DNA from: an uncultured Nitrososphaerales archaeon
Lineage (GTDB): Archaea > Thermoproteota > Nitrososphaeria > Nitrososphaerales > Nitrososphaeraceae
Direction of reading: 5' to 3'
Assembly (NCBI GenBank): GCA_963709405.1
Contig: CAVPXM010000061.1
Location: 46,423 to 110,422, forward strand
Length of the DNA stretch: 64,000 nt
Both the position numbers and the translations under genes were made by a program. Of the stretch, positions 44,684-55,763 are shown one piece after another. Numbering within the stretch: position 1 is the first letter of the stretch; every line of letters begins with the position of its first letter. The notes under the pieces were generated by a model. It saw only the letters and a list, made by a program, of their open reading frames with translations, was not told the DNA's origin and made no database searches.

Positions 44684-44908
44684 TTAGTTAATAGGCAATC
44701 TAACAAAAGTATTTTCATCCAAAATCGAATAGTATGGCAAATAGATTTAGCCAGATCTGGTGGGTTTGGAACAATCAAAATCAGGATATGTGCTCCCTCC
44801 AATACAAACAATTTGGATAGTTTCAATAGTATCAGGAGCTTCAGATATGGTGACAGTATCATCTCAACAGCCATATAATGATGGATATAGTGCCGGCCGG
44901 CCAAGACT

Positions 44909-45211
44909 ATGCAGACGGTGATTATAACAATTGTGATCGTAGTGATCACGGTTACGATACAGGCTGTCCAGACGATAAAGTGCATACTTATGACTTATGT
45001 GATGGGATATTCATTAGGTCATAAAGCTGAGTGGAATGGATTAGACGGTGAAACACCGACACAGGAGCCGCAAAGTCAGGTTCAAGTAGGATTCAATCCG
45101 CATACGGACGGTAGTAATAATACAATAAGCATAGCTCCTAAACAGAATCAATTGCAGTTTTCAAATAGGAAAACAGATTCTGACTATCATGATAATAATA
45201 AGTATGGATGA
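44909..45211 (+). CDS. Small hypothetical protein (possibly a frameshifted remnant)
   Basis: ORF with polar Q/N-rich C-terminus; no recognisable domain. Confidence 0.3.
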   Translation: MQTVIITIVIVVITVTIQAVQTIKCILMTYVMGYSLGHKAEWNGLDGETPTQEPQSQVQVGFNPHTDGSNNTISIAPKQNQLQFSNRKTDSDYHDNNKYG

Positions 45212-45277
45212 TAAGAAATGAAATTCTCATTGTAGATGCCCGATAGAATCCAAAGCCTCCCAGTCATATGATAGCTA

Positions 45278-46454
45278 AGTGGAGTGTCTAAGTTTATGTC
45301 GTTATTCATTCATTACATAACGTAGATTTCGAAATAATTATAGCTTGGGACAAATCATATTTTCATTCTGTGAATCATCGTTCCAAACTCATACTTACCA
45401 TACTACAGAAGAACAAGTTAAAGTCATTTATGAAGAATACGAATAACAAAAAGGAATACCGCAGGTTACTGGCTATACTCCAAAAAGTTGAAGGTAGATC
45501 TTATGAAGATATAGCAAATGAACACGGAGTCAGCAGCAGGTCTGTACAAAGGTGGATTGCTGCATACATTAAGAAAGGGATTGATGATGGAGTAAGGATG
45601 AAGAAACCTGGTGGATCGAAGTCCAGCATAACAGACGAAAACAAAGAGATTATTCTATCAGCATTGTTTAACGATCCACATATCTTTGGTTATCTAAGGA
45701 ATACATGGAGTCTAAGGTCGCTGGCAAGGTGTCTTACAGATGAGCTTGATATTCCAATCAGTTTCAAACATCTACAAAGAATAACTAAGGATATGGGAAT
45801 TAGATGCAAAAGACCAAAATTGGAACTATTACATGGAGAGGATTATGAACAAGGGAAAAAGAGAGTGGATAACTACAAGCAAGTAGCATCAGCTCTGAAA
45901 AAAAGAGAGTTATAATGGCATTTGAAGATGAAACTACCATAACACAGAAACCTTGTATTCACAAGTCCATGAGTTTTGAAGGCGAGCAGCTGAAAATAGA
46001 ACATAATGGAAGTAGAAGGAAGTTCTCCGCATATATATCCATGCTATGGCCTGAAGAGAAATTAATGACGTATGATTTCTATGATAGAATGAATTCTACG
46101 AGTACTATTGACCATCTGGAGAATCTCAAGAGAAACATTATGAAAAGTGATTGGTGGAAAAGACTCATACTCATATGGGATAACGCTTCATACCATGTAA
46201 GCCTAATGGTACGGAATTATATCAATGCACAGAAAGAAGAAGACTGGCTGACCATTATTCACCTACCAAAGAAAGCACCATACCTAAATCCAAATGAAAG
46301 GAGAGTAAACCAGCAGATAAAATCAGATGTGTGTGCAAACAGATTTTATACGCAGATAGAAGAACAGAAAGCTGCAGTATCAGGTTATCTAGAGAGTAGA
46401 TTTGGAACTTGGAATGACGACAGACACTACGACACTTGACTTATACGGGCTACT
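45278..46454 (+). mobile_element. IS630-family element, two ORFs (45370-45915, 45915-46439) joined by a probable -1 frameshift
   Basis: TA duplication in a GCTA..TAGC context, imperfect TIRs, A7 run at LKK. DDE motifs FEDET, WDNASYH, PYLNPNE. Confidence 0.92.
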
Positions 46455-46567
46455 TAGCCCTATCTGCAGAAGTGTGGCAGGGCTCGACGCGGCTTAGCAT
46501 CAATAGTATATTCGGCAATGCAAACAAGTTGCATCTAGCACCTCCTTCCGAGTCAATGTCCGCGTAA

Positions 46568-46861
46568 TTGGTTATCGTATCTATCACCAACGCTGAGCTT
46601 CTTGCCATGAGTTCCGCGCGACCAATTCGAGTCACTGCAATGCGCGGACGCATCAAACTGGGCCAATATGGCACAGGGAGCAAGAGCGAACGAGAAGCAG
46701 TGTTTATTGAAACTGCAGATGCCCGCTACATCTTGCGCCGTAAAACCGGACCTGTATTTAATGATACCATGCTAACGGAGTACGTGGGACATGAAGTCGA
46801 CTGCGACGGCTTTCTGGTTGGCAAGACTCTTCTAGCAGAACGAATTGAGGTTGTGGACTAG
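46568..46861 (+). CDS. Bacterial-type small hypothetical protein (OB-fold-like)
   Basis: GSKSEREAVFIET..YILRRKTGPVFND..YVGHEVDCDG; codons visibly GC-richer than the flanks. Confidence 0.7.
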   Translation: MVIVSITNAELLAMSSARPIRVTAMRGRIKLGQYGTGSKSEREAVFIETADARYILRRKTGPVFNDTMLTEYVGHEVDCDGFLVGKTLLAERIEVVD

Positions 46862-47959
46862 TGCGAGCTTGCCGTCTAAGGTTCTTAACGACAATCTTAA
46901 TTGCTGATTGAGCGCAACACGTTATAGTGTCACATTGGTGAATAGCACTTGACATGAATAAATCATACGTGTTTGACTACACCAATTCATACAAGATACG
47001 ATATCGTATTGCATGGATAAATTTGAAGAGTTAAATAAACTCGTGTAGTCATTAGGATTTCTATCATAATACGGTAGTGAAGTAAAAACAAAAATGTATC
47101 ATATCAAGATACGCGTTCGCGCACCCCGGATCGGTACCAACTTAGTTTGGCATTGTCTAGCTAGATCGTTTTAGGCATATATTATCAAAGAGTCGAAATC
47201 CATGCCTATTCTACTTCATCGTTATAAAAGTCTAAGAAAGTTAGGTAGATAGAGATAAGATCTGATGATAGGTCCATCCTCTTATTTCCATTCCCAAAGT
47301 TTATGGATGTAAGTATCTGATCCATATGCTTCATATTCATTTACTCTGAGATGATTAAGGAAGCCCTTAACTAGCCTCATGATTTTACGAGACACTTGGA
47401 TTAGTGGATATAAACATAAGTAATTACTGCTACCTGTTCACATCTTTACAATTTGAACGTGGCAACTTGTAATCAGTAAGTGAAAATTTGTTATGGAAAG
47501 ACACATATTATATCGCTAGAGACCGCCACTGCGAAAACTCGCCACTCATGTGCATCTCTACTAAGGTTGTCATTGTTGTTGATCCTTTTGATGTGAACGA
47601 CCCATCAATCTCCTCTGCAATAACAGGAATAATTAATGCCCATATCATTGCTTTAAAATACCTACTTGTTTGTTTATCTGTTGCCCTAAGGGTAAGTCTC
47701 AATCCTGAACTTCTTCAGATGTCAACTTTTTAATGTCTTTTATATCAGATGATTGGTTTGAGGTAGGATTCTTTAGCAGTATCGTCTGATCTGTAAAATT
47801 ACTTGCTCACTAGCCTGATCATCTGTCACCGATGTTGCTCTTAATTTATCAATATTTGTTGAATAATCCAACATACCGATGATAAGAATCAGAAGACTCA
47901 AGGAACATACAGATTTACTATGTCTAAATATACTCACCGCCGACTGTCATAGTAATATA

Positions 47960-48362
47960 TTCCAATTATTTCAGTATTCCTCTCATTGGCTCTGCCAATC
48001 CTACTTCGGATAAATTGCAGAAAAACGTCTGAGCAGCTCCGGCTATTTCTTTGTCGAAGGGTGGGGAGAATAAGGAAGGTCACCTTGTCTACGGTTGCTT
48101 TCAAAGATGTCACTAACTTATCAAAGCTCGGGTCTATGGTGATGATCGTATTGCAGGAAGTTCGGGAAATGATATGCTCCATCATAATGCAGGGGAAGAT
48201 ATCGTACAAGGAGGTTTTGGAAATGACCAAATATTTGGAGGAGATGGTAATGATGTCCTTACAGGAGGCTCAGGGGCAGATCACTTTGATTGCGGTCCTG
48301 GAAGTAATAAAATCACAGACTTTCAGCCAGGTCTTGATACAAAGACAGCAGATCGTGAATAA
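47960..48362 (+). pseudogene. RTX/hemolysin-type Ca-binding repeat protein, frameshifted
   Basis: GSSGNDML, GGFGNDQIF, GGDGNDVLT, GGSGADHFDCGPG..ITDF. Confidence 0.75.
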
Positions 48363-48411
48363 ATAGATTGGACCAAATAAATAAATAAATAAATTAAAGG
48401 ATTTGTCTATA

Positions 48412-49071
48412 CTACATGGAAGGCTTTTTGTAATTTGAATCGTAATTGTCTTTTCTGATTTCTAGATTAGTATTATAAATTCCACTGCTAGATCGAGGTC
48501 CAATATGTACAGTAAATGTCGCATGTCCATCTTTATCAGTATATGCCGTTTGAGTCGTCGTTTTGCCTATAGATGGGTTGGAATTTGGTGGTTCTATAGT
48601 CAACAGAACAAGTACATTAGAGATGGGCTGACCTGTATCCTTATCTCTAACAGCTACGGTCATGTACGTTGTATCACCTACCTTTACAGGGTCTTTTATT
48701 ACTGAATAGTCCACAATAAACTGTTTCGAATTATTTGAAGATTTGCAATCAACGATTCCACTGAACAGAGGTGCAAACTTTCCTCCAGCAATATTGTCAA
48801 CAGTATTGCAAAAGCCCTTTCCATCTGAAGATATACTATTTTTACCATCAAAGGCAGCTGCTTTTCCATTTCCAGAAGTATCAATATTCACATCGGCTTT
48901 TGCAGTTTGGACGATAGTAGGTGAAAATGATAGTAATGGTAATGATGATGAGAATGTGGGCAACAATAACTGATTAGACAGCAACATTGAAGATGATGAT
49001 AAAGTTGCCACTGTCAAAACTGCAAGGAGACTAATAAGTAGAAATTTAGATTCTCTTTTCATAATCATCAC
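48412..49071 (-). CDS. Secreted Ig-like (Big_1-type) domain protein
   Basis: Signal peptide; VAVRDKDTGQPISNVLV, YTDKDGHATF. Confidence 0.7.
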   Translation of the reverse strand: MMIMKRESKFLLISLLAVLTVATLSSSSMLLSNQLLLPTFSSSLPLLSFSPTIVQTAKADVNIDTSGNGKAAAFDGKNSISSDGKGFCNTVDNIAGGKFAPLFSGIVDCKSSNNSKQFIVDYSVIKDPVKVGDTTYMTVAVRDKDTGQPISNVLVLLTIEPPNSNPSIGKTTTQTAYTDKDGHATFTVHIGPRSSSGIYNTNLEIRKDNYDSNYKKPSM

Positions 49072-49150
49072 ACTATACTTGTCTATATCTGCTTACCTCC
49101 TCTTTATAATAATAGTTGATTTTTTGAAAAAATGTGATTATAGACGTTCT

Positions 49151-49184
49151 TTCCATCCCATTCCATCCCATTCCATCCCATTCC
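49151..49184. repeat. 10-bp tandem repeat (TTCCATCCCA) x3.4
   Basis: Directly visible; intergenic. Confidence 0.9.
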
Positions 49185-49203
49185 CTAATCTTGCTCACAA
49201 ACA

Positions 49204-49533
49204 TTATCTGCCAGTCTGCTGCCTGCACTGCCACCGGCTGCTGCCAGCTGCACTATCGCCAGCTGCTGCCTGCCGCTGCTGCACTATCGCCAGCTGCTGC
49301 TGCGGCTGCTGCACTATCGCCAGCTGCTGCTGCCGGCTGCTGCACTATCGCCACCGCTGCCTGCCTCGCCAGCTGCTGCCACTATTGCCATCATGATTAT
49401 GATGGTTATGATGACCATAGTAATAGTAGTCTCTATGTGCAAACGCCGACTGCTGATCTGACATTGTTGTAGTAACTAGCAATAGAGCTATTGCAGCTAT
49501 TCCAATTCCTGAAATAACATGAATTCGATTCAT
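49204..49533 (-). CDS. Secreted low-complexity protein: Tyr/His-rich stretch, then GDSAAAAAA repeats (frameshifted)
   Basis: Signal peptide ending SAFA, then HRDYYYYGHHNHHNHDG, then ~27-bp units GGCGATAGTGCAGCAGCNGCAGCAGCT with single-base insertions. Confidence 0.65.
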
Positions 49534-49813
49534 ATCTACATAAATGTATAATAGATTTTATTATACTAAGATTATGAACATAAATCACGAGGTCTTGATG
49601 TATAACAATTGTATATAAGATATTCATGGAATTTTTTGCTCAATATCGCTTATCAGAGTAAAACGATTGATTTGGAATCTAATTAGTAGGTCTTTCCATA
49701 TATTGGAACAATGACAATCTTGACATGGACTTCCATGACGCTCGGTTACAAATGGCAGGCGAAAGTAAGAACGACTCGATAAAGACCGTTATTCTTTCTA
49801 ACCAAATTAGATC

Positions 49814-50698
49814 TTGTTGCTAACCTCTATAATGATAGATAAAGTTATGTTAGGTCTACTAATTGGATCTGATATACATAATATGATCCTAACTTTAAAT
49901 TCTAGGGCCAGATTAAATAATGGAATAGAGATTCCAAGACTTGGTCTGGGAGTCTACCAATCACCACCTGGTAAAACTACCAGGTATGCCGTAGGATATG
50001 CATTAGAGATTGGATATAGACATATTGATACTGCCAAGGTATATGGTAATGAAGCAGATGTAGGAAGAGCAGTAAAGGAAAGCGGATTGAATAGAGAAGA
50101 AATATTCATAACTACAAAGGTCTGGAACAGCGACCAAGGATATGACTCAACAATAAAAGCATGCAATACAAGTTTGACACATCTAGGCTTAGGCTACATT
50201 GACCTTTATCTTATTCACTGGCCGGTACTAGGAATGAGCAGTGAGACATGGAAAGCGATGATACAGATATTGAAAGGAGGGAAAGTTAGGGCAATTGGAG
50301 TAAGTAATTACATGATTAATCACCTAAACGAAATTCTTTATGATTCAGATGTTGTGCCTGCAGTAAACCAAGTAGAATTTCATCCTTTCCTATATCAACA
50401 AGATTTATTACGTTTTTGTGAGAATAAAAGAATTCAACTCGAGGCTTACAGCCCCTTAACAAGAGCGAAGAGACTCAAGCACCCAATTATAACGAAATTA
50501 GCACAAAAATATGACAAAACACCTGCACAGGTTCTCATACGTTGGAGCTTACAACATGGATTAGTCGTAGTTCCAAAATCTATCCATAAGGATCGCATTA
50601 AACAAAATGCTCAAGTATTTGATTTTAATCTTGAATCAGAAGATATTGCCATTATGGATTCACTGAATGAGAATCTACAAACAGTTTTCTTAGATTAG
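49814..50698 (+). CDS. Aldo/keto reductase (true start probably ~49883)
   Basis: GYRHIDTAKVYGNE, FITTKVW, DLYLIHWP, AIGVSNY, NQVEFHP, AYSPL, VPKS. Confidence 0.93.
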   Translation: MLLTSIMIDKVMLGLLIGSDIHNMILTLNSRARLNNGIEIPRLGLGVYQSPPGKTTRYAVGYALEIGYRHIDTAKVYGNEADVGRAVKESGLNREEIFITTKVWNSDQGYDSTIKACNTSLTHLGLGYIDLYLIHWPVLGMSSETWKAMIQILKGGKVRAIGVSNYMINHLNEILYDSDVVPAVNQVEFHPFLYQQDLLRFCENKRIQLEAYSPLTRAKRLKHPIITKLAQKYDKTPAQVLIRWSLQHGLVVVPKSIHKDRIKQNAQVFDFNLESEDIAIMDSLNENLQTVFLD

Positions 50699-50802
50699 TG
50701 AACTTTCGTAGATAATAACGTCTGCATATTCACGAGTTGGTTGCAAGCAATATCTCATTAAGTGCTCCGAAAGTTTGGAACTTGTAACCGTTTCATCCAA
50801 GC

Positions 50803-51147
50803 GTACACTTTTAGCAGTCTATTCCACTATCTTCAAAATACCTTAGATGTACACCACTGTTAGAATCGTCTGTGACATGTCAAACCTGAACCATATTCTT
50901 TTGGTAACATCTTCCATCGATATTCAGCTCTTAAGACATATAGAGTGCCATACAGCACGTTCCTAAATCGGTACTGCTGGACGTCCTACGGTATTACTTG
51001 GTTTTTCTAATTGGGTATCAACATGATTTCATTCCATGATTGATACGGAATCTTTTGATATTTGAAGGGTAATTGACTCTAGTGTAAGCAGTACATATGA
51101 ACCATATAGCCTCAAGCCTTATATCCATTTTTTTGGGATGGCTTTCT
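50803..51147 (-). mobile_element. Degraded 5' part of an IS5/IS427-like element related to 27928-28825
   Basis: TIR-like AGAAAGCCATCCCAAAA; reverse-strand GRPAVP, LYVLR, WKMLPKEYGSG, RLLKVY. Confidence 0.8.
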
Positions 51148-51206
51148 AGATTAGTTATTAGGTCAACCTAAGAAAATGCAAGTAGTACAGCATCTAATAC
51201 ACTATA

Positions 51207-52253
51207 GATCTCTTGCGTAATTAGAAGACCACTATATTCGACGTCATATAGGATATTTATGTGATATCTCTTTGATGTCATATAGAAGACTATGCAAAAA
51301 GCCTTTGTTATTCAGGTCACTTACTGGACTAACTGTACAAATTTGATCAAATAAGCACAGAAATGGACTCGAAATATGAGGAATATGAAAGAAGACGTCT
51401 TTCTAAAAGGAAGAGGAAAAGAGATGTTGGTGCCGGTAGACCGTTTAAACTGAAACCAAGAGAAAGACTTCTAATGCTTTTGGTTTATTTATTATCGATT
51501 GTACATTACATATGCATTATCGGGATTTCTATTTGACCTTGACCAGAGCAATGTATTTAGAGATTTGACTATCCTAGAATCTTTGCTAAAGGAGTGTATT
51601 CCATTGCCAAAGAAGATATACAAACGTACTAAGAGATTAAGAACTATAGAGGAAGTTGAACGGTCCTTCCCTGGATTCAAGGCTTTCATAGACTCTACAG
51701 AACAGGAGATTCCAAGACCTAAGAACAAGAGAAAGAGAAAGAGTTACTATTCAGGTAGAAAGAGGAAACATACTGTCAAGACACAATTGATGGTTAATAC
51801 TGAAGGTTTGATCCTGCATAAGACAGGTCACAGTAATGGAAGAAAACATGATTATGACATTTACAAACACAATCATCCTACTATAACTCCATCACAAGTT
51901 GACAACATAGTTGATCTTGGTTATCTTGGTATTGAAAAGGACTTTCCCAGTGAAGTCTGTATTTCCCATTAGAAAGAAAAAGAATACCTTGCTTTCAAAT
52001 GACGATATGAGATACAACAAGAATCACTCAAGACTCAGGATCATAGATGTAGAACACACCATATGCAAGATCAAGAAGTTTGGAATAATGGGTATAAGTT
52101 CAGAAACAAACTAGAGGGTCCAATAACATATCTGATATTGTATCCGGTATACTGAACTTCAGAGTGATGTAGTCTAACAGGATTTCAATCTAAGAATACA
52201 GTCAAAATAGGCAGCATTGAATAGAATCATAACTGCTAATTACGCAAGAGATC
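51207..52253 (+). mobile_element. IS5-family ISL2-group element (HTH_Tnp_4/DDE_Tnp_4), frameshifted transposase
   Basis: Perfect 18-bp TIR GATCTCTTGCGTAATTAG with flanking TA. Motifs GAGRPFKL, FIDSTEQEIPRP, YYSGRKRKHTVK, DLGYLG, VEHTI. Confidence 0.92.
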
Positions 52254-52377
52254 TATTATTCCAAATTTTTTGATCTTGCATATAGTATGTTCTACTATGA
52301 TCCTAAGGTTAGAGTATTTTTGTCGTACACTATATCCTCATTTAAAAGCAAAGTATTCTTTCTTTCTTTCGAAACGT

Positions 52378-53641
52378 CTAATTACGCAAGAGATTTTATT
52401 CTATGCCAGACTCTAATAGCTCCCTTCATTCCTTGCTACTGACATAGATTCTATATTTCCTCCCACACAAACAGGACAACTTTTAGGAAAACTATTTGTT
52501 TCAACTATGTTAGTCATGCATGAAGCGCACCACAAACATGACTGACATATCAGAAACCAAGGATGTGGTTTTCCTTTTGTCTGGTAGTGATATAGATATC
52601 GAATTGATGTGTCTATCCAGACATTCTCTTCATCATATTCTCTTATGTAATAAGTAGGAATTGCATACTCTTGTTTAGTATAGTGTAATACTGTCATTGA
52701 TTGATTATCAATAGCAATCACATTTCCAATGTGGATCAAATCACTTGTTTTAACTCTTTTATTTATTAGTTCATTCAAGTTAGATGAACGTTTAAATTGA
52801 ACAGGAGTTTGAGATTTTGATTTTGATTTTGATTTTATTTGTGTATCTGAATCTACTTGAACTTGTACAGATTTTTGACTATTTTCATTTTGTTTCAAAA
52901 ATACGTTTCTTCTCCTATTATTGGCATAGTGCAGGTGTTCCTGTACGGCTGCATTTCGATTTCTGGTTTGAATCATTTCGAGCTCTCTTGTACCATTTTC
53001 TGTCCATGCAACACGAAGTACCGTTTTTCCAAAAACTAGTACCAGTGTTACGACAGAACCTATTATAACACCAATAATTATTGTAGTGTCCAATCAGGTC
53101 CCTTATTATTGAGTACTATCACATTGCATACCAAGATATATAGATTACTGAATAGATTTAAATATGGATCCTTGAGCCTAGAAGCTGTTATTTAAGCATT
53201 GATAGTTATCTATGGCTGTGTCAAGTTAAGTAGATACAGCTAAATATGTGAATGCCCCCCTACTCCTAATCTATATGTTAAAAGGAAAGAGAACATTAAA
53301 GGATTAATTAACCATGTATGTATCGTGCCTATACCTTATAAGAAAGTTTTAGGAGTACAATAAAAGCATTAGATCTACCTATCTAAGAGGATGTTTTCTA
53401 TCTCGCCAAACTACCGACTTTCTATTTTTTTGATCTGCAACATTAATGAAAATTGGTGACGTAAGCTATAACAAGAAATGTGGCTCCAAATGACGAGATA
53501 ATGGCATACACAGAGGAGATCTTGAATTCCCATATTGCTTTCGCACTCGATCCCACAAACAATCCAATACATTAAGATAAATTCAACAATAATATCATGA
53601 AGTGTATTTGATCTGAGTTTAGACTGATCCGGTTTAAAGTT
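52378..53641. repeat. Direct segmental duplication, copy 1 (copy 2 at 58911-61481, interrupted by IS630)
   Basis: Begins at an ISL2 TIR. Includes the PRC/Zn-ribbon gene, its promoter, a ~115-bp element and a decayed 3' end of the GT2 gene (53380-53641). Confidence 0.9.
52413..53093 (-). CDS. Membrane-anchored protein with PRC-barrel-like domain and C-terminal Zn ribbon (copy 1)
   Basis: N-terminal TM; LINKRVKTSD..IGNV..EYAIP..IREYDEENVW; FLICQSCLWCAS..CPVC. Confidence 0.7.
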   Translation of the reverse strand: MDTTIIIGVIIGSVVTLVLVFGKTVLRVAWTENGTRELEMIQTRNRNAAVQEHLHYANNRRRNVFLKQNENSQKSVQVQVDSDTQIKSKSKSKSQTPVQFKRSSNLNELINKRVKTSDLIHIGNVIAIDNQSMTVLHYTKQEYAIPTYYIREYDEENVWIDTSIRYLYHYQTKGKPHPWFLICQSCLWCASCMTNIVETNSFPKSCPVCVGGNIESMSVARNEGSY

Positions 53642-53731
53642 GCCCTATCTATTATCATCTTTGATAGGCTAATGACACTCTTTAAGAGATCAATTCATTA
53701 ACAATCTCTTGCCTGTCTAAATTCAAATTAT

Positions 53732-54154
53732 TTAATCCCTGACAAGTGACAAGCTAGAAAACGATGATGATTTTAAGTGATCCTCATTTAGATATAGCAT
53801 GTCTTTATATTCAATGTCATTATCAAGAGACACCATTTGTTCTTCCTTTTTTGTTTTTAGTCCAGTCATTAACTCTGCTTTAAAAATATGAGGTATTTTA
53901 CAGATCTTATTTTCTACTATATCTCTCATCTGATTTAAATTCTTGGTACGTATCTTTAGCAATAGATCAAATTTACCATGCAATTCATGCATTTCTAAAA
54001 CTTCCTCAACTCTTAATAGATCTCGCATGATCTGATCTGCATAACCTGGCGAAATCTTTACTCCTATAAATGCCAGGTGATCATATCCTAGAAGGTCATT
54101 ATCTACAGAGATTGTAAATTTGTTGATTATACCACAGATATCTCGTGAAGACAC
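53732..54154 (-). pseudogene. Lrp/AsnC regulator lacking most of its HTH
   Basis: GIINKFTISVD..LGY..AFIG, EVLEMHELHGKFDLLLKIR; N-terminal HTH not found upstream. Confidence 0.7.
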
Positions 54155-54219
54155 ATGCCTTGATATGGCACTGAAACGATTGTTTTTATGCCGAGAATAG
54201 TTATGTCTAGAGAATAGTC

Positions 54220-54702
54220 ATGTCTAAATCCTTTATAAAGTACACAATACGTGAAATAGAAGAAAATGATATCGAAAGTGGTGGATTGTTAGAAGTGCTA
54301 GAGAATTTAGCTCCGATAGGAGGTCTTACTAAACCTGCCGCAAAAACGATATTAAAAGAGATAAAATCAAATCCACTGCACAGGATATTTGTTGCCGTAC
54401 TTCAAGAGGGCATAGACCGAGGTTTGACAATAGGCACAACAACGCTTCTTGTCGAACCAAAATTCATCTTCGGCGGAGGGCGAGTCGCACATATAGAAGA
54501 TGTAGCAGTGAGGGTTGAATATCAGAGGAAAGGCATTGGATTCAAACTTGTAAGCTATGCTACCGAGCAAGCAGCTGCAATGCGATGCGTAAGAACAGTA
54601 CTAGATTGTTCAAATGAGAATATCCCTTTCTACGAAAAAATTGGTTATTCGTATCACGGAAATGCCATGAAAATTCAGCATACGCAGGATGTGGTGACAT
54701 AA
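54220..54702 (+). CDS. GNAT acetyltransferase, glucosamine-6-phosphate N-acetyltransferase (GNA1)-like
   Basis: TTLLVEPKFI..GRVAHIEDVAV..YQRKGIG..LDCS.ENIPFYEKIG. Confidence 0.85.
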   Translation: MSKSFIKYTIREIEENDIESGGLLEVLENLAPIGGLTKPAAKTILKEIKSNPLHRIFVAVLQEGIDRGLTIGTTTLLVEPKFIFGGGRVAHIEDVAVRVEYQRKGIGFKLVSYATEQAAAMRCVRTVLDCSNENIPFYEKIGYSYHGNAMKIQHTQDVVT

Positions 54703-54959
54703 GGATGTGCACATTGTGATGATCGCATTTTCAAGATTAATGATACATGTTATTGTGAAAAACACGGATCCAGACACATAGTAACATGAGGCAAATCAGA
54801 GATTGGAAAAGCGATAGTATTTAAAGCTGACAAGTAGACTGGTTCCCCATCTTTCACCCATCATTGATTTAGTATAGAATCAAGCATTTCAGTTGAAGAC
54901 AGGTTCTAATTTCTTGAGTGAAGATTTATGGCGCAACTGTTTTAAGAAATTTTTAGGAA

Positions 54960-55397
54960 ATGATCTCCTGTTTATTTATCTCAAGCCATTCTTTCCTTCT
55001 TTTATAACCAGATATTACAGAACCCACAAGCTGCCAATACTTTGAAGGATGGTCAGAGATATGGACATGACATAATCAATAATTTTCATCGACAGGCAAA
55101 GAAGGTTTTTATTGAAATTAAGGACAAGATTTCTTCCTAAACTACCGACACGATTTCTCTGAGATTTTATTCTAATCTTTAATCCTGTGTGGTCTAACCA
55201 ATAACCTTACACTAATATAGTACCTTTTTATTCAAAAGCCTTGTAGCCTGTTTTTGAAGCCAATCTTCATAGAGTGATTTAATCTTGAAGTGACTCAAGT
55301 CGGACGTTCTTGCGATAAACCTTCCTGTTTGGAATGTGAAAATTTCTCTGTATTTTACACCTTGCATTGCTTGACCGATATGCACAAGTTTTAGCAT
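54960..55397 (-). pseudogene. YgjP/M48-like (DUF45) protein remnant
   Basis: IKSLYEDWLQKQA, LNFNKNLLCL..IIDYV and YWQLV fragments with stops. Confidence 0.55.
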
Positions 55398-55412
55398 GTA
55401 TGCTTTCCCTAG

Positions 55413-55629
55413 TTAAGAAAGTTTTGAACGATCTTGGGGTAAGTACTGTTCTACTTCATCGAGTATTCCTAATCTTCTTGTTCTTGTATGTTTGTATATT
55501 TTCTTTGGTAATGGAATGCGCTGGATTACTAATGTTTCTAAGATAGAAAAATTTCTACATACATTACTTTGATCAAATAGAAATCCTGATAATGTAAATG
55601 TAATATATAATTTGTAGTATACTAGAAAC
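55413..55629 (-). mobile_element. ISL2-group transposase, downstream fragment (continues 58644-58929)
   Basis: FLVYYKLYITFTLSGFLFDQSNVCRN..PLPKKIYK, homologous to the 51470-51670 region. Confidence 0.85.
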
Positions 55630-55730
55630 GGTGTTGTTAACTTAACGAATCTTACAGAATGGATCGCTTGTAATCCCACCATGAAATCGCTAGCGATATC
55701 TATCGATTATTTTGTTAAGTTAACAGGGCT
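55630..55730. mobile_element. 101-bp IS6-type MITE
   Basis: TIRs GGTGTTGTTAACTTAAC / AGCCCTGTTAACTTAAC; internal palindrome ATCGCTAGCGAT; partial second copy at 12277. Confidence 0.8.
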
Positions 55731-55763
55731 GTGCATCCAGATATGATTCTTAAATATGCCCTC

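Noticed and set aside
49245-49385. Possible CRISPR-like array of GCACTATCGCCAGCTGCTGC repeats
   Set aside because: The units are contiguous ~27-bp codon repeats with no unique spacers, and no cas genes are present. They are explained by an Ala-rich protein.
49079-49472. Plus-strand Cys-rich and Ala-rich ORFs resembling metallothionein
   Set aside because: Shadow frames of the minus-strand repeat gene, which has the signal peptide and an upstream TATA-like sequence.
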